Under the pieces are notes generated by a model. It did not search any database. It had not been told where the DNA came from and was given only the letters and a program-made list of their open reading frames with translations. The position numbers and the translations under genes are program-made. From positions 9,300,001 through 9,364,000 of the forward strand of contig CATNEN010000025.1 of NCBI GenBank assembly GCA_950097015.1: DNA of 64,000 nt, read 5' to 3'. Each line of letters opens with the position of its first letter. The first letter of the stretch is position 1. This stretch comes from Macrostomum hystrix. Lineage: Eukaryota; Animalia; Platyhelminthes. Below are positions 11,790-23,400 of this stretch, one piece after another.

Positions 11790-13066
11790 TGTCTCCCCAG
11801 CTGCTGAGAAGTAATTCCCCCCAGCAGCAGAGCAGTAATTCCCCCCCAGCAGCAGAGCAGTAATCCCCCCCAGCAGCAGAGCAGTAATTCCTCCCCAGCA
11901 GCAGAGCAGTAATTCCCCCCCTAGCAGCAGAGCAGTAATTCCCCCCCCCCCAGCAGCAAAGCGGTAATTCCCCCCAGCAGCAGAGCAGTAATTCCCCCCC
12001 CCAGCAGCAGAGCAGTAATTCCCCCCACCCCCAGCAGCAAAGCAGTAATTCCCCCCCAGCAGCAGAGCAGTAATTCCCCCCAGCAGCAGAGCAGTAATTC
12101 CCCCCCAGCAGCAGAGCAGTAATTCCCCCCAGCAGCAGAGCAGTAATCCCCCCAGCAGCAGAGCAGTAATTCCCCCCCAGCAGCAGAGCAGTAATTCCCC
12201 CCAGCAGCAGAGCAGTAATCCCCCCAGCAGCAGAGCAGTAATTCCCCCCCAGCAGCAGAGCAGTAATTCCCCCCAGCAGCAGAGCAGTAATTCCCCCCCC
12301 CAGCAGCAGAGCAGTAATCCCCCCCAGCAGCAGAGCAGTAATTCCCCCCCCCAGCAGCAGAGCAGTAATTCCCCCCACCCCCAGCAGCAAAGCAGTAATT
12401 CCCCCCCAGCAGCAGAGCAGTAATTCCCCCCAGCAGCAGAGCAGTAATTCCCCCCCAGCAGCAGAGCAGTAATTCCCCCCAGCAGCAGAGCAGTAATCCC
12501 CCCAGCAGCAGAGCAGTAATTCCCCCCCAGCAGCAGAGCAGTAATTCCCCCCAGCAGCAGAGCAGTAATTCCCCCCCCCAGCAGCAGAGCAGTAATCCCC
12601 CCCAGCAGCAGAGCAGTAATTCCCCCCCCCAGCAGCAGAGCAGTAATTCCCCCCACCCCCAGCAGCAAAGCAGTAATTCCCCCCCAGCAGCAGAGCAGTA
12701 ATTCCCCCCAGCAGCAGAGCAGTAATTCCCCCCCCAGCAGCAGAGCAGTAATTCACCCCAGCAGCAGAGCAGTAATCCCCCCAGCAGCAGAGCAGTAATT
12801 CCCCCCCAGCAGCAGAGCAGTAATTCCCCCCCCCCAGCAGCAGAGCAGTAATTCCCCCCCCAGCAGCAGAGCAGTAATTCCCCCCACCCCCAGCAGCAGA
12901 GCAGTAATTCCCCCCCCAGCAGCAGAGCAGTAATCCCCCCAGCAGCAGAGCAGTAATTCCCCCCCAGCAGCAGAGCAGTAAATCCCCCCCAGCAGCAGAG
13001 CAGTAATCCCCCCAGCAGCAGAGCAGTAATTCCCCCCCAGCAGCAGAGCAGTAATTCCTCCCCAGC
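11790..13066. repeat. Minisatellite: 18-bp core AGCAGCAGAGCAGTAATT plus a variable C-run (unit ~23-28 bp), ~50 units
   Basis: Read directly; the ORFs at 11764-13079 are repeat translations. Confidence 0.95.
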
Positions 13067-13077
13067 AGTTAATCCAC

Positions 13078-15010
13078 ACTTAGAAAACTTTTAGACACAT
13101 TTAGAGAACTATAAAACACATTTAGAATACCGAGACCCAGTTTTAGAAAACTGTTAAACACATTTAGAATACTGGTAAAAAGCATTTAGAATACTGGTAA
13201 ACACATTTAGAATACTGGTAAACACATTTAGAATACTATTAAAACATTTAGAATACTGGTAAACACATTTAGAGTACTGGTAAACACATTTAGAATACTG
13301 GTAAACACATTTAGAATACTGGTAAACACTTTTAGAATACTGGTAAACACTTTTAGAATACTGGTAAACACTTTTAGAATACTGGTAAACACTTTTAGAA
13401 TACTGGTAAACACTTTTAGAATACTGGTAAACACATTTAGAATACTGGTAAACACTTTTAGAATACTGGTGAACACTTTTAGAATACTGGTAAACACATT
13501 TAGAATACTGGTAAACACATTTAGAATACTGGTAAAAACATTTAGAATACTGGTAAACACTTTTAGAATACTGGTAAACACATTTAGAATACTGTTAAAA
13601 ACATTTATAATACTGGTAAAAACATTTAGAATACTGGTAAACACATTTAGAATACTGGTAAACACATTTAGAAAACTGGTAAACACTTTTAGAATACTGG
13701 TAAACACATTTAGAATACTGGTAAAAACATTTAGAATACTGATAAACACTTTTAGAATACTGGTAAACACATTTAGAATACTGGTAAACACTTTTAGAAT
13801 ACTGGTAAACACATGTAGAAAACTGGTAAACACATTTAGAATATTGGTAAACACTTTTAGAATACTGATAAACACTTTTAGAATACTGGTAAACACATTT
13901 AGAATACTGGTAAACACTTTTAGAATACTGGTAAACACATGTAGAAAACTGGTAAACACATTTAGAATACTGGTAAACACTTTTAGAATACTGGTAAACA
14001 CTTTTAGAATACTGGTAAACACTTTTAGAATACTGGTAAACACATTTAGAATACTGGTAAACACATTTAGAATACTGGTAAACACTTTTAGAATACTGGT
14101 AAACACATTTAGAATACTGGTAAACACTTTTAGAATACTGGTAAAAACATTTAGAATACTGATAAACACTTTTAGAATACTGGTAAACACATTTAGAATA
14201 CTGGTAAACACTTTTAGAAAACTGGTAAACACATGTAGAAAACTGGTAAACACATTTCTAGAATACTGGTAAACACTTTTAGAATACTGGTAAACACTTT
14301 TAGAATACTGGTAAACACATTTAGAATACTGGTAAACACTTTTAGAATACTGGTAAACACTTTTAGAATACTGGTAAACACTTTTAGAATACTGGTAAAC
14401 ACATTTAGAATACTGGTAAACACATTTAGAAAACTGGTAAACACTTTTAGAATACTGGTAAACACATTTAGAATACTGGTAAAAACATTTAGAATACTGA
14501 TAAACACTTTTAGAATACTGGTAAACACATTTAGAATACTGGTAAACACTTTTAGAATACTGGTAAACACATGTAGAAAACTGGTAAACACATTTAGAAT
14601 ACTGGTAAACACTTTTAGAATACTGGTAAACACTTTTAGAATACTGGTAAACACATTTAGAATACTGGTAAACACTTTTAGAATACTGGTAAACACTTTT
14701 AGAATACTGGTAAACACTTTTAGAATACTGGTAAACACTTTTAGAATACTGGTAAACACATTTAGAATACTGGTAAACACTTTTAGAATACTGGTGAACA
14801 CTTTTAGAATACTGGTAAACACATTTAGAATACTGGTAAACACTTTTAGAATACTGGTAAACACTTTTAGAATACTGGTAAACACTTTTAGAATACTGGT
14901 AAACACGTTTAGAATACTGGTAAACACATTTAGAATACTGGTAAACACATTTAGAATACTGGTAAACACATGTAGAAAACTGTAGGACATTTAAAAAACT
15001 GTTGGACACT
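13078..15010. repeat. 21-bp minisatellite (TTTAGAATACTGGTAAACAC[A/T]), ~88 core units with degenerate edges
   Basis: 21-bp period read directly; the ORFs at 13228-15009 are repeat translations. Confidence 0.97.
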
Positions 15011-15231
15011 TTTCTCGATTGAAATTTTGTTAAAGATTTGATGATTTATATGTTGTAGTAAGAAAGGAGTAGATGTCTCAGTATATCGTTGAATTGAAGT
15101 CTGCTATGCACATTTTACCTATTCAAATCAAACACACACACACACAGGTGAGAAAAGCTGTGATGTAATCTATTTATAAATTCGTACTGACTGTCTCGTC
15201 AGTGGGGTTGGCATAGCTATGTACATTTGAC

Positions 15232-15879
15232 AGTGAAATTCTTATCAGTGTACTCACTATTAACAAAACTGGCCCTGATGCAATCATTAAAATTGGCAGT
15301 GGAATGCACGTTGACAAAACTGGCTCTGATGAAATGCATTAAAAATCCTATCTAAAACAGTTTTTCGAATATTTAATCCCCTTAGCAATAAAGTTAAGCT
15401 TAATAAAAATACGTGTAAAATTGTCCCCATATTTGGCATCTTTTGGTGAAGAAATGGTGAAGATCGGTTGAGCCGTTCGGGAGAAAATCAATTACAAGCA
15501 AGCAAGCAAGCAACCATTTCATTTTTAGTATATTAGACTAGCTGCCTTCGCTACCCTCTGGGTAGCCTCCCTGTGAGTTCTTATCAGTACGCGTGCGTTA
15601 TCAAAACTGCAGGCTTTGATGCAATCATTAAATTTGGCACTGGAGGCCTCACTGTGCACAAGCTGAAAACAAGAATGCATTAGAAAAGCCTATTTAAAAC
15701 AGTTTTTCGAATATTTAATCCCCTTAGCAATAAAGTTAAGCTTAATAAAAATACGTGTAAAATTGTCCCCATATTTGGCATCTTTTGGTGAAGAAATGGT
15801 GAAGATCGGTTGAGCCGTTCGGGAGAAAATCAATTACAAGCAAGCAAGCAAGATTTTCATTTTTAGTATATTAGACTAG
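15232..15879 (+). mobile_element. Two tandem ~338-bp copies of a Helitron/Helentron-like non-autonomous element
   Basis: Near-identical core in both copies (AAACAGTTTTTCGAATATT...ATCGGTTGAGCCGTTCGG...), a (CAAG)n microsatellite and the end TTTTAGTATATTAGA|CTAG at 15537 and 15875. A short hairpin GCTACCC...GGGTAGC follows ACTAGC. Family assignment is by resemblance only. Confidence 0.5.
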
Positions 15880-16149
15880 AAAAAGATTGATATTATTGTT
15901 TAGCATCAATCTGAATTTTTAAACTATACGATACGTCAGTTGTTGATCCAGCAAAACTAGTAAAATGAGCCGAAAGTTCATTTTTATACTATTTTCGTGA
16001 TAATAAAGCAGTTTTTGTGTCTAATTATTATACAAAATGTTTAAGAAAGTAATACAAAGCAGAAAAACACCTTGCTAACAAATATTAAAGACAATTAAAA
16101 ATGCCAGAAACAGCATAGTGAGACTGTCACATAATCTAAAATGCTTGGC

Positions 16150-17060
16150 TATTATAAAGTCAGACTCTGCATATCAAGATAGATGACAACTTTCTCAGAT
16201 CCTGCACTGCCTCCCACAGCTTGGCCTTGCTGCGCATCTGCCTTCCCTGAGCATAGATCCTCCTTTTGAAGAAGCTCCAGAGGTGCTAAATTGGATTGAG
16301 GTCTGGGTAATAAGCTGGCCAGGTCATCAGGCATTAGTTCTTAAACCCCAGGCTCTCTAGGAAGCCGGTGGTCATGCAAGCAGCATGCAAAAATGTATCG
16401 GCATGCATGAATATCATCCACTGGAAAGTAACCTTCTGTTGCCTGAACCACAAAGCAAAGTTGGTCTCCAGGAACTTGCAGTAGAAGGCTGCTGTTATCT
16501 TAACGCCATTAGGAATGAGGAGTGGCCCTAAGAGAATGTTGTCAATAATTTCTGCCCTTATCATGATGCCTCTGCCTCCTTGTTGATGGCACACTTGGTT
16601 AGGCGTCCACCCAGATGGTGTATGATCTAATGTGGCACAAGTCTCGTCTGTGAACAGAACTGTCTTGAAATCAGTCTTTAAGTTGGACCTGGCCCATTCC
16701 AGAGGTCTCTCACAGAGGTTTTTGGTCAGCAGTGGTCTAACTCAATGCTGCTCAGCAGTCGACAGCAAGTCACTTTCAACACTTTTGGCACACCAATATG
16801 CACACACAGGGCCTTGCTGGATGAAAGTGGGGCCCTGGCAACTTCTCATTTTAGCTGCATGGTCTGTTGACACAACACAAGCCTGAACTTAGGTTGCTGA
16901 AGTCACTTTTGCATCCTGCTGGCATCAGCAGCAAACTTCTTGATAGTTCAGTGGTCACAACCCAGCTGCTTGGCTATCTCGTTTGTTTTGTAGCCATGGC
17001 TTAATTCCCTAATGATATGTACCTTTTCATGCTATGTAAGATCATTTCACCTGCCCATAC
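16150..17060 (-). mobile_element. Degenerate Tc1-superfamily transposase resembling the DD37E/TRT family
   Basis: MGR*NDLT*HEKVHII...GCDH*TIK, KTVLFTDETCATLD, QQGGRGIM, IFMHAD...HAA and WPAYYPDLNPI*HLW, with multiple stops and frameshifts. Confidence 0.75.
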
Positions 17061-17625
17061 TGGCTGATGGCAGCTTTGATATGGAGAAAAAATATACAGC
17101 TCTTTTCTGCCACACTTTCAGTTATTTGCATAATATATTAAGATGACTTGTTAGTGTATGTTTAGAGAATTCATTACCTCCAGCACATTCAACCAAAATC
17201 AAGAGGCTGATAATTGGGAATTAAGATAAGATAAGTTGTCTGTTTAATCTGAACCATTATCAAGAACCAGTAAGTGTGTTCTTGGGTTAAAACAATTGTT
17301 ATAATTATAATTTGCATATTAGTTTGTAATGCACAGTATATCTTTATATATGTATACTAATACACATTTTGACTAGGTAGACTTGAGCAATTTTATAAAT
17401 TTTTGTTTATTGAGTTATTTTCCATGCTAATTTATCCATTTTAACCTTTGTAACAGGTCTAGGATAATTTCATAAAATAAAGTATATAAATAATGCTTTT
17501 TATTCATAAGTCTAAAAGAATGTTTTAATCATATGAATAGTGTTGCAGCAGTTCATGTGCTAACTTAGATCAATGCGTTTAACTTTTGCAGATTTATTCA
17601 CACAAATCAACTCACTTTAGTAAGC

Positions 17626-19088
17626 ATGTCGCGAACTTGTGAAACGCCCAATTGTGGCAAAGAGGCGAAATTTTGTTGCCCAACCTGCTCTAAACTGGGC
17701 GTCGAAGGTTCATTCTTTTGCACCCAGGAGTGTTTCAAGGGCTTTTGGAAGGAGCACAAGAAGATACACACACTCTTTGAGCAGTTAAAGAGTCTGGGCA
17801 CCACAGGCGGTGATGCTGCTCAATCAAAGCTTGTGAGTCCATTGTTACAGCATTTAGTGCTTATCAGTGAAATTTTATTTAGTATGTCAGCTGACGTAAT
17901 AACAATAATTACGACCGCCGATTTAGAAATAGTCACTAACTCTTTAAAGTCTTCTGTGTGCAAAGTCATTGTATAAACCACTCACTTTGCATTGGGGGTA
18001 GAGGGGTAAATACAGCATAGTTTTTTCCACATGTCCAAGCTTAGGAACCTTGGTAAGTAAATCAGACGGGTCAACGCTCAGCCCCTTTAGAGGTAAATGT
18101 AAAATAGCTGAAAAATACAGCGAGTCACGTGCACTTTTTACATAAGGTGTCTTGTCCCGGCTACAATTTTACCGGCGACCTGCGGCCGTACCGTCAGAGC
18201 CCGCGGCGCCACGTCCCGGACACTGTCACCTGCCGGCCGGACTACTGGCGCGACGGTACGCCGCACAGCGAGCGTCAGGACAAAGGCACTCTGCGGGTAC
18301 TTGGCGACGAAGAGCAGGAAGATATGCGCGTTGTCTGCCGTCTGGCTCGCGAGGTCCTCGAAGAGGCGATGCGTGCAGTCGCACCCGGCGTCACAACAGA
18401 CGAAATCGACCAGCTGGTGCATGAGGCCAGCATTGAGCGCGACTGCTATCCGTCGCCTTTGAACTACTGCGGCTTCCCGAAGTCCTGCTGTACCTCAATT
18501 AACGAAGTAATATGTCATGGCATACCAGACATACGACCTCTAGCTGACGGTGACATAGTCAACATTGATGTCACCTGCTATCACCGTGAGCATCATGGCG
18601 ACCTCAACGAGACTATATTTGTTGGCTCCGTTGATGAAGACAGTCGCCGATTAGTCCGCGTCACCTGGGAGTGCCTGCAGAAGGCTATAGCCTTAGTGAA
18701 ACCCGGAGTTCGCTATCGCGACGTTGGTGATGCGATTCAACAGCATGCCCAATCGGCCGGCCTGTCTGTTGTTCGCAGCTACTGCGGCCACGGCGTTCAC
18801 CGCCTCTTCCACTGCGCTCCGAATGTGCCACACTACGCTAAAAACAAAGCCGTCGGCGTTATGAAGCCTGGCCACGTGTTCACCATTGAGCCAATGATTA
18901 ACCTGGGCGTGTGGAAGGACCAACTGTGGCCGGACAACTGGACCTCCGTAACCACCGACGGGAAACGGTCGGCCCAGTTTGAGGATACTCTGCTAGTTAC
19001 TGAGACTGGCTGCGAAGTGCTCACTAGGCGTCACGTTGACGATGGAAAGCCATTCTTCATGTCACAGGCCAACGAACCTGTGAATTAA
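17626..19088 (+). CDS. METAP1: Methionine aminopeptidase 1 (382 aa)
   Basis: Exons 17626-17832 (C6H2 zinc finger CETPNC...CPTC...[15 protein letters not shown]; donor CTT|GTGAGT) and 18147-19088 (acceptor CATAAG|). M24A motifs [43 protein letters not shown] and AQFEDT are present; the frame is intact. Confidence 0.97.
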
Positions 19089-19283
19089 TAGGATTCATTA
19101 GTCATTATTTCTTTTATTGTCAAGGCTTCAATAGTTAGTGCATTGTTTCAAAATGCGATTCATAGATTTTTTTAAATGCGCGTTTGCCCAAATGAGTCAG
19201 ATCGAGACACCAAGACTTAACCTTCAGTTTAGCCTTAACCTTAACATTAGACCTTTAAGCCTAAGTTTAGCAGTTAAACCTTT

Positions 19284-19582
19284 CTCCCAGCCCTCAGATC
19301 TATCCACCACTCCTTTATCCCAGTCCTAAGATCTATCCACCACTCCTTCCTCCCAGTCCTCAGATCTATCCACCACACTCCTTCCTCCCAGTCCTCAGAT
19401 CTATCCACCACTCCTTCCTCCCAGTCCTCAGGTCTATCCACCACTCCTTCCTCCCAGGCCTCAGATCTATCCACCACTCCTTTATCCCAGTCCTCGGATC
19501 TATCCACCACTCCTTCCTCCCAGTCCTCAGATCTATCCACCACTCCTTCCTCCCAAATCCCAATGTTCAGATCTATCCATCC
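19284..19582. repeat. 33-bp minisatellite (CAGTCCTCAGATCTATCCACCACTCCTTCCTCC), ~9 units
   Basis: Read directly downstream of METAP1. Confidence 0.9.
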
Positions 19583-20455
19583 TTTCTTATTATCTATCCG
19601 CAGATATTTATTTTTTCCTTTCTAGGTTTTCCAATCGAAGAGAGACTTGCATTTCGTCTCTTTCTGTAAATTACATGGCGAATTGCTTTATTGTGCATTC
19701 CCAATTTTTATATGTTTTCTACAGATGAGTAACTATTTGCTTAAGCAGCGCTGTAATGTTGTATACCAAAATTTGTGCTAGCTTTTTCGCACTCGAAAAG
19801 TATTTTATTTTTAGTATCAGGCCATCTAATGATGATCCTGTAGTGCATCAAGCTTGAGCTGCTAAAGCCGATGAGGCCATATAACTTCCTGTTATGCACA
19901 GATAAGTTGTAAGTTAGTTAACTAACGTTTCGTTTTGTGTTGATTTTGTTCGTCGGCACAGACTTGTCTGTTGTGATGCTTCATATTTAGATTTACTGAG
20001 TTTTTGTCGCTTATTTTCTGCTTTGGCAATTATATTAAGTAAGGCGAACCCAAACTGTTAAATGTTCAAACATAATCAGATTTATCAGGCTAGAATTGTT
20101 TATCTTAAGTAGGTTTCGGATGCAGACTAAGGATTTGCAAGTTGTACAGAGTGTAATAGCAGCACAGCTTAGTTCTACAGACGTTTTCAGATAGCTGGCT
20201 GCATTAGAAAGATACATTTTGCAGCTGCGTCTAATACGAAGCTTATAACCCTTTGATAGGAAGGCAGCTAGCCCATGATATAAATATGCATATATATATA
20301 TATATACAAATTAGTGTACACATCTGCAGTTAGTAATGCCAATATCATATAGCATCAGTGTTAGAACGTATTCTGTTTCTCTGCGTGACTGCCATGCTGT
20401 AGTTAAAGATAAATAAATAAAAAATTTCCTATTTTGTTTTTCAGCTATCTGCGGC

Positions 20456-23400
20456 ATGTCAATAAACTTCAGGTGGCTCTTTGTCACCTTTGTCATTTTG
20501 TTCAGTCACCACGGTAGGTATCAGTGAGATATTTTGTAATTTGAAAAGCACCATTGTTTGTTGAAGTGCAAATTTTCTAAAACTTTCTTTTAACCATTTG
20601 AGCAGCAGCGGAGCATCAGCATTGCGTTGACAAAGCTACTAGGAAGATCAATGTTAGCATTGTAGATCCAAATCCACAGAAGGTAAGCTTTCATATACTC
20701 AAGGGGGCTAGCCTGAAATCATGAACCATGGCTATTGGCTAAGCTGAAATCATGAGCCATGGCTATTGGCTAAGCTGAAATCATGAGCCATGGCTATTGG
20801 CTAAGCTGAAATCATGAACCATGGCTATTGGCTACACTGAAATCGTGAACCATGGCTATTGGCTACACTGAAATCATGAACCATGGCTATTGGCTACACT
20901 GAAATCATGAACCATGGCTATTGGCTAAGCTGAAATCATGAACCATGGCTATTGGCTAAGCTGAAATCATGAGCTATGGCTATTGGCTAAGCTGAAATCA
21001 TGAGCTATGGCTATTGGCTACACTGAAACCATGAACCATGGCTATTGGCTAAGCTGAAACGTGGCTATTGGCTACACTGAAACCACGAACCATGGCTATT
21101 GGCTACACTGAAATCATGAACCATGGCTATTGGCTAAGCTGAAATCATGAACCATGGCTATTGGCTAAGCTGAAATCATGAGCCATGGCTATTGGCTAAG
21201 CTGAAATCATGAGCCATGGCTATTGGCTAAGCTGAAATCATGAACCATGGCTATTGGCTACACTGAAATCGTGAACCATGGCTATTGGCTACACTGAAAT
21301 CATGAACCATGGCTATTGGCTACACTGAAATCATGAACCATGGCTATTGGCTAAGCTGAAATCATGAACCATGGCTATTGGCTAAGCTGAAATCATGAGC
21401 TATGGCTATTGGCTAAGCTGAAATCATGAGCTATGGCTATTGGCTACACTGAAACCATGAACCATGGCTATTGGCTAAGCTGAAACGTGGCTATTGGCTA
21501 CACTGAAACCACGAACCATGGCTATTGGCTACACTGAAATCATGAACCATGGCTATTGGCTAAGCTGAAATCATGAACCATGGCTATTGGCTACACTGAA
21601 ACCATGAACCATGGCTATTGGCTACACTGAAACCATGAACCATGGCTATTGGCTACACTGAAATCATGAACCATGGCTATTGGCTACACTGTAACCATGA
21701 ACCATGGCTATTGGCTAAGCTGAACCGTGGCTAAGCGGAAGTATTAAATGAAATGCAGTTGGCATCCGTCGAGCTTTACTGAGGCCGTCAAATGTCGTTT
21801 GCATTTTATTCTGTTAGAATTTGGCAATGCAATACCATACTGGTACTGGTATTCTACCATGTTTTGCAGCTGTTGACTTTCGTTCGTGACTCTGCCTGCT
21901 ACGCAAAGAATCTGCACTGTCGATGGGTGCTGCTGGCGAGCGATTATTACTTTCCACGTCAGATGCTGCTTAACATATCCGCGATTGACTTTGATGATAG
22001 TGGAGTCAACAGTACGTTGGGCATCTGCGAGGCACCTGCTGGCTCAGCCGATGTCTTTAGCTTTGACTTTTCGGGTAAACTGACTAATGGTGAGTGCAAA
22101 TATTTGCGTATCCTAGTCTACCAGATCCTCAGATTGGGAATGCTAGACTACCAGATCCTCAGATTTTGAATGCTAGTCTACCAGATCCTCAGATCTGGAA
22201 TGTTAGACTACCAGATCCTTAGATTGGGAATGCTAGACTACCAGATCCTCAGATTTTGAATGCTAGTCTACCAGATCCTCAGATCTGGAATGTTAGACTA
22301 CCAGATCCTTAGATTGGGAATGCTAGACTACCAGATCCTCAGATTTTGAATGCTAGTCTACCAGATCCTCAGATTGGGAATGCTAGTCTACCAGATCCTC
22401 AGATTGGGAATGCTAGTCTACCAGATCCTCAGATTGGGGATGCTAGTCTACCAGATCCTCAGATTGGGAATGCTAGTCTACCAGATCCTCAGATTGGGAA
22501 TGCTAGACTACCAGATCCTCAGATTGGGAATGCTAGACTACCAGATCCTCAGATTGGGAATGCTAGTCTACCAGATCCTCAGATTTTAAATGCTAGTCTA
22601 CCAGATCCTCAGATTTTAAATGCTAGTCTACCAGATCCTCAGATTGGGAATGCTAGACTACCAGATCCTCAGATTGGGAATGCTAGACTACCAGATCCTC
22701 AGATTGGGAATGCTAGACTACCAGATCCTCAGATTGGGAATGCTAGACTACCAGATCCTCAGATTGGGAATGCTCGTCTACCAGATCCTCAGATTGGGAA
22801 TGCTAGTCTACCAGATCCTCAGATTGGGAATGCTAGTCTACCAGATCCTCAGATTGGGAATGCTAGTCTACCAGATCCTCAGATTGGGAATGCTAGTCTA
22901 CCAGATCCTCAGGTTTTGAATGCTAGTCTACCAGATCCTCAGATTGGGAATGCTAGACTACCAGATCCTGAGATTGGGAATGCTAGACTACCAGATCCTC
23001 AGATTGGGAATGCTAGACTACCAGATCCTCAGATTGGGGATTCCAGCGCCAAGGAATGTTTGTTTAGACCAATTTTTGTTGTTCCTGCAGGCCAAGTAGC
23101 GTCTCAACGTTGGTGCTCAAATAGTGACGCGCAGAGGGCGCCAAGACTAATGCTGGCGAATCTGTGGGATTCGTAAGTATCTACAGTTATGATTAAAGTG
23201 CATATATAATTTATGTGAGCAAAAATTGAACCAAAATATATTATTGCTGTTTCAGTTCCTACAAGCTCACTGTGGAATTCCAGTCGGATGATAAGCAGTA
23301 TCGCAAAGATGCCAAGGGTGTGCAACTAAATGCCGTAATAATGGCGAAGAACTTCTGTCACATGGACATGCTGTTTCACCGCGGCTCGTGCTATTTGATC

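Noticed and set aside
11764-15009. Long ORFs (LLLGG, YQYSK, FTSIL repeats)
   Set aside because: Translations of two minisatellites.
18975-18995. METAP1 AQFEDT instead of the usual AQFEHT
   Set aside because: The metal-binding Glu is intact and a single adjacent change is not enough to infer altered function.
19215-19282. TTAACC/TTAGCC repeats resembling an interstitial telomere
   Set aside because: Short and degenerate; more likely part of a decayed repeat element.
22346-23176. NASLPDPQIG repeat ORF running in frame into paralog-1 exon 4
   Set aside because: It lies in a 1001-bp GT-AG intron that is out of frame with exon 3, and the paralogs have plain introns at this position.
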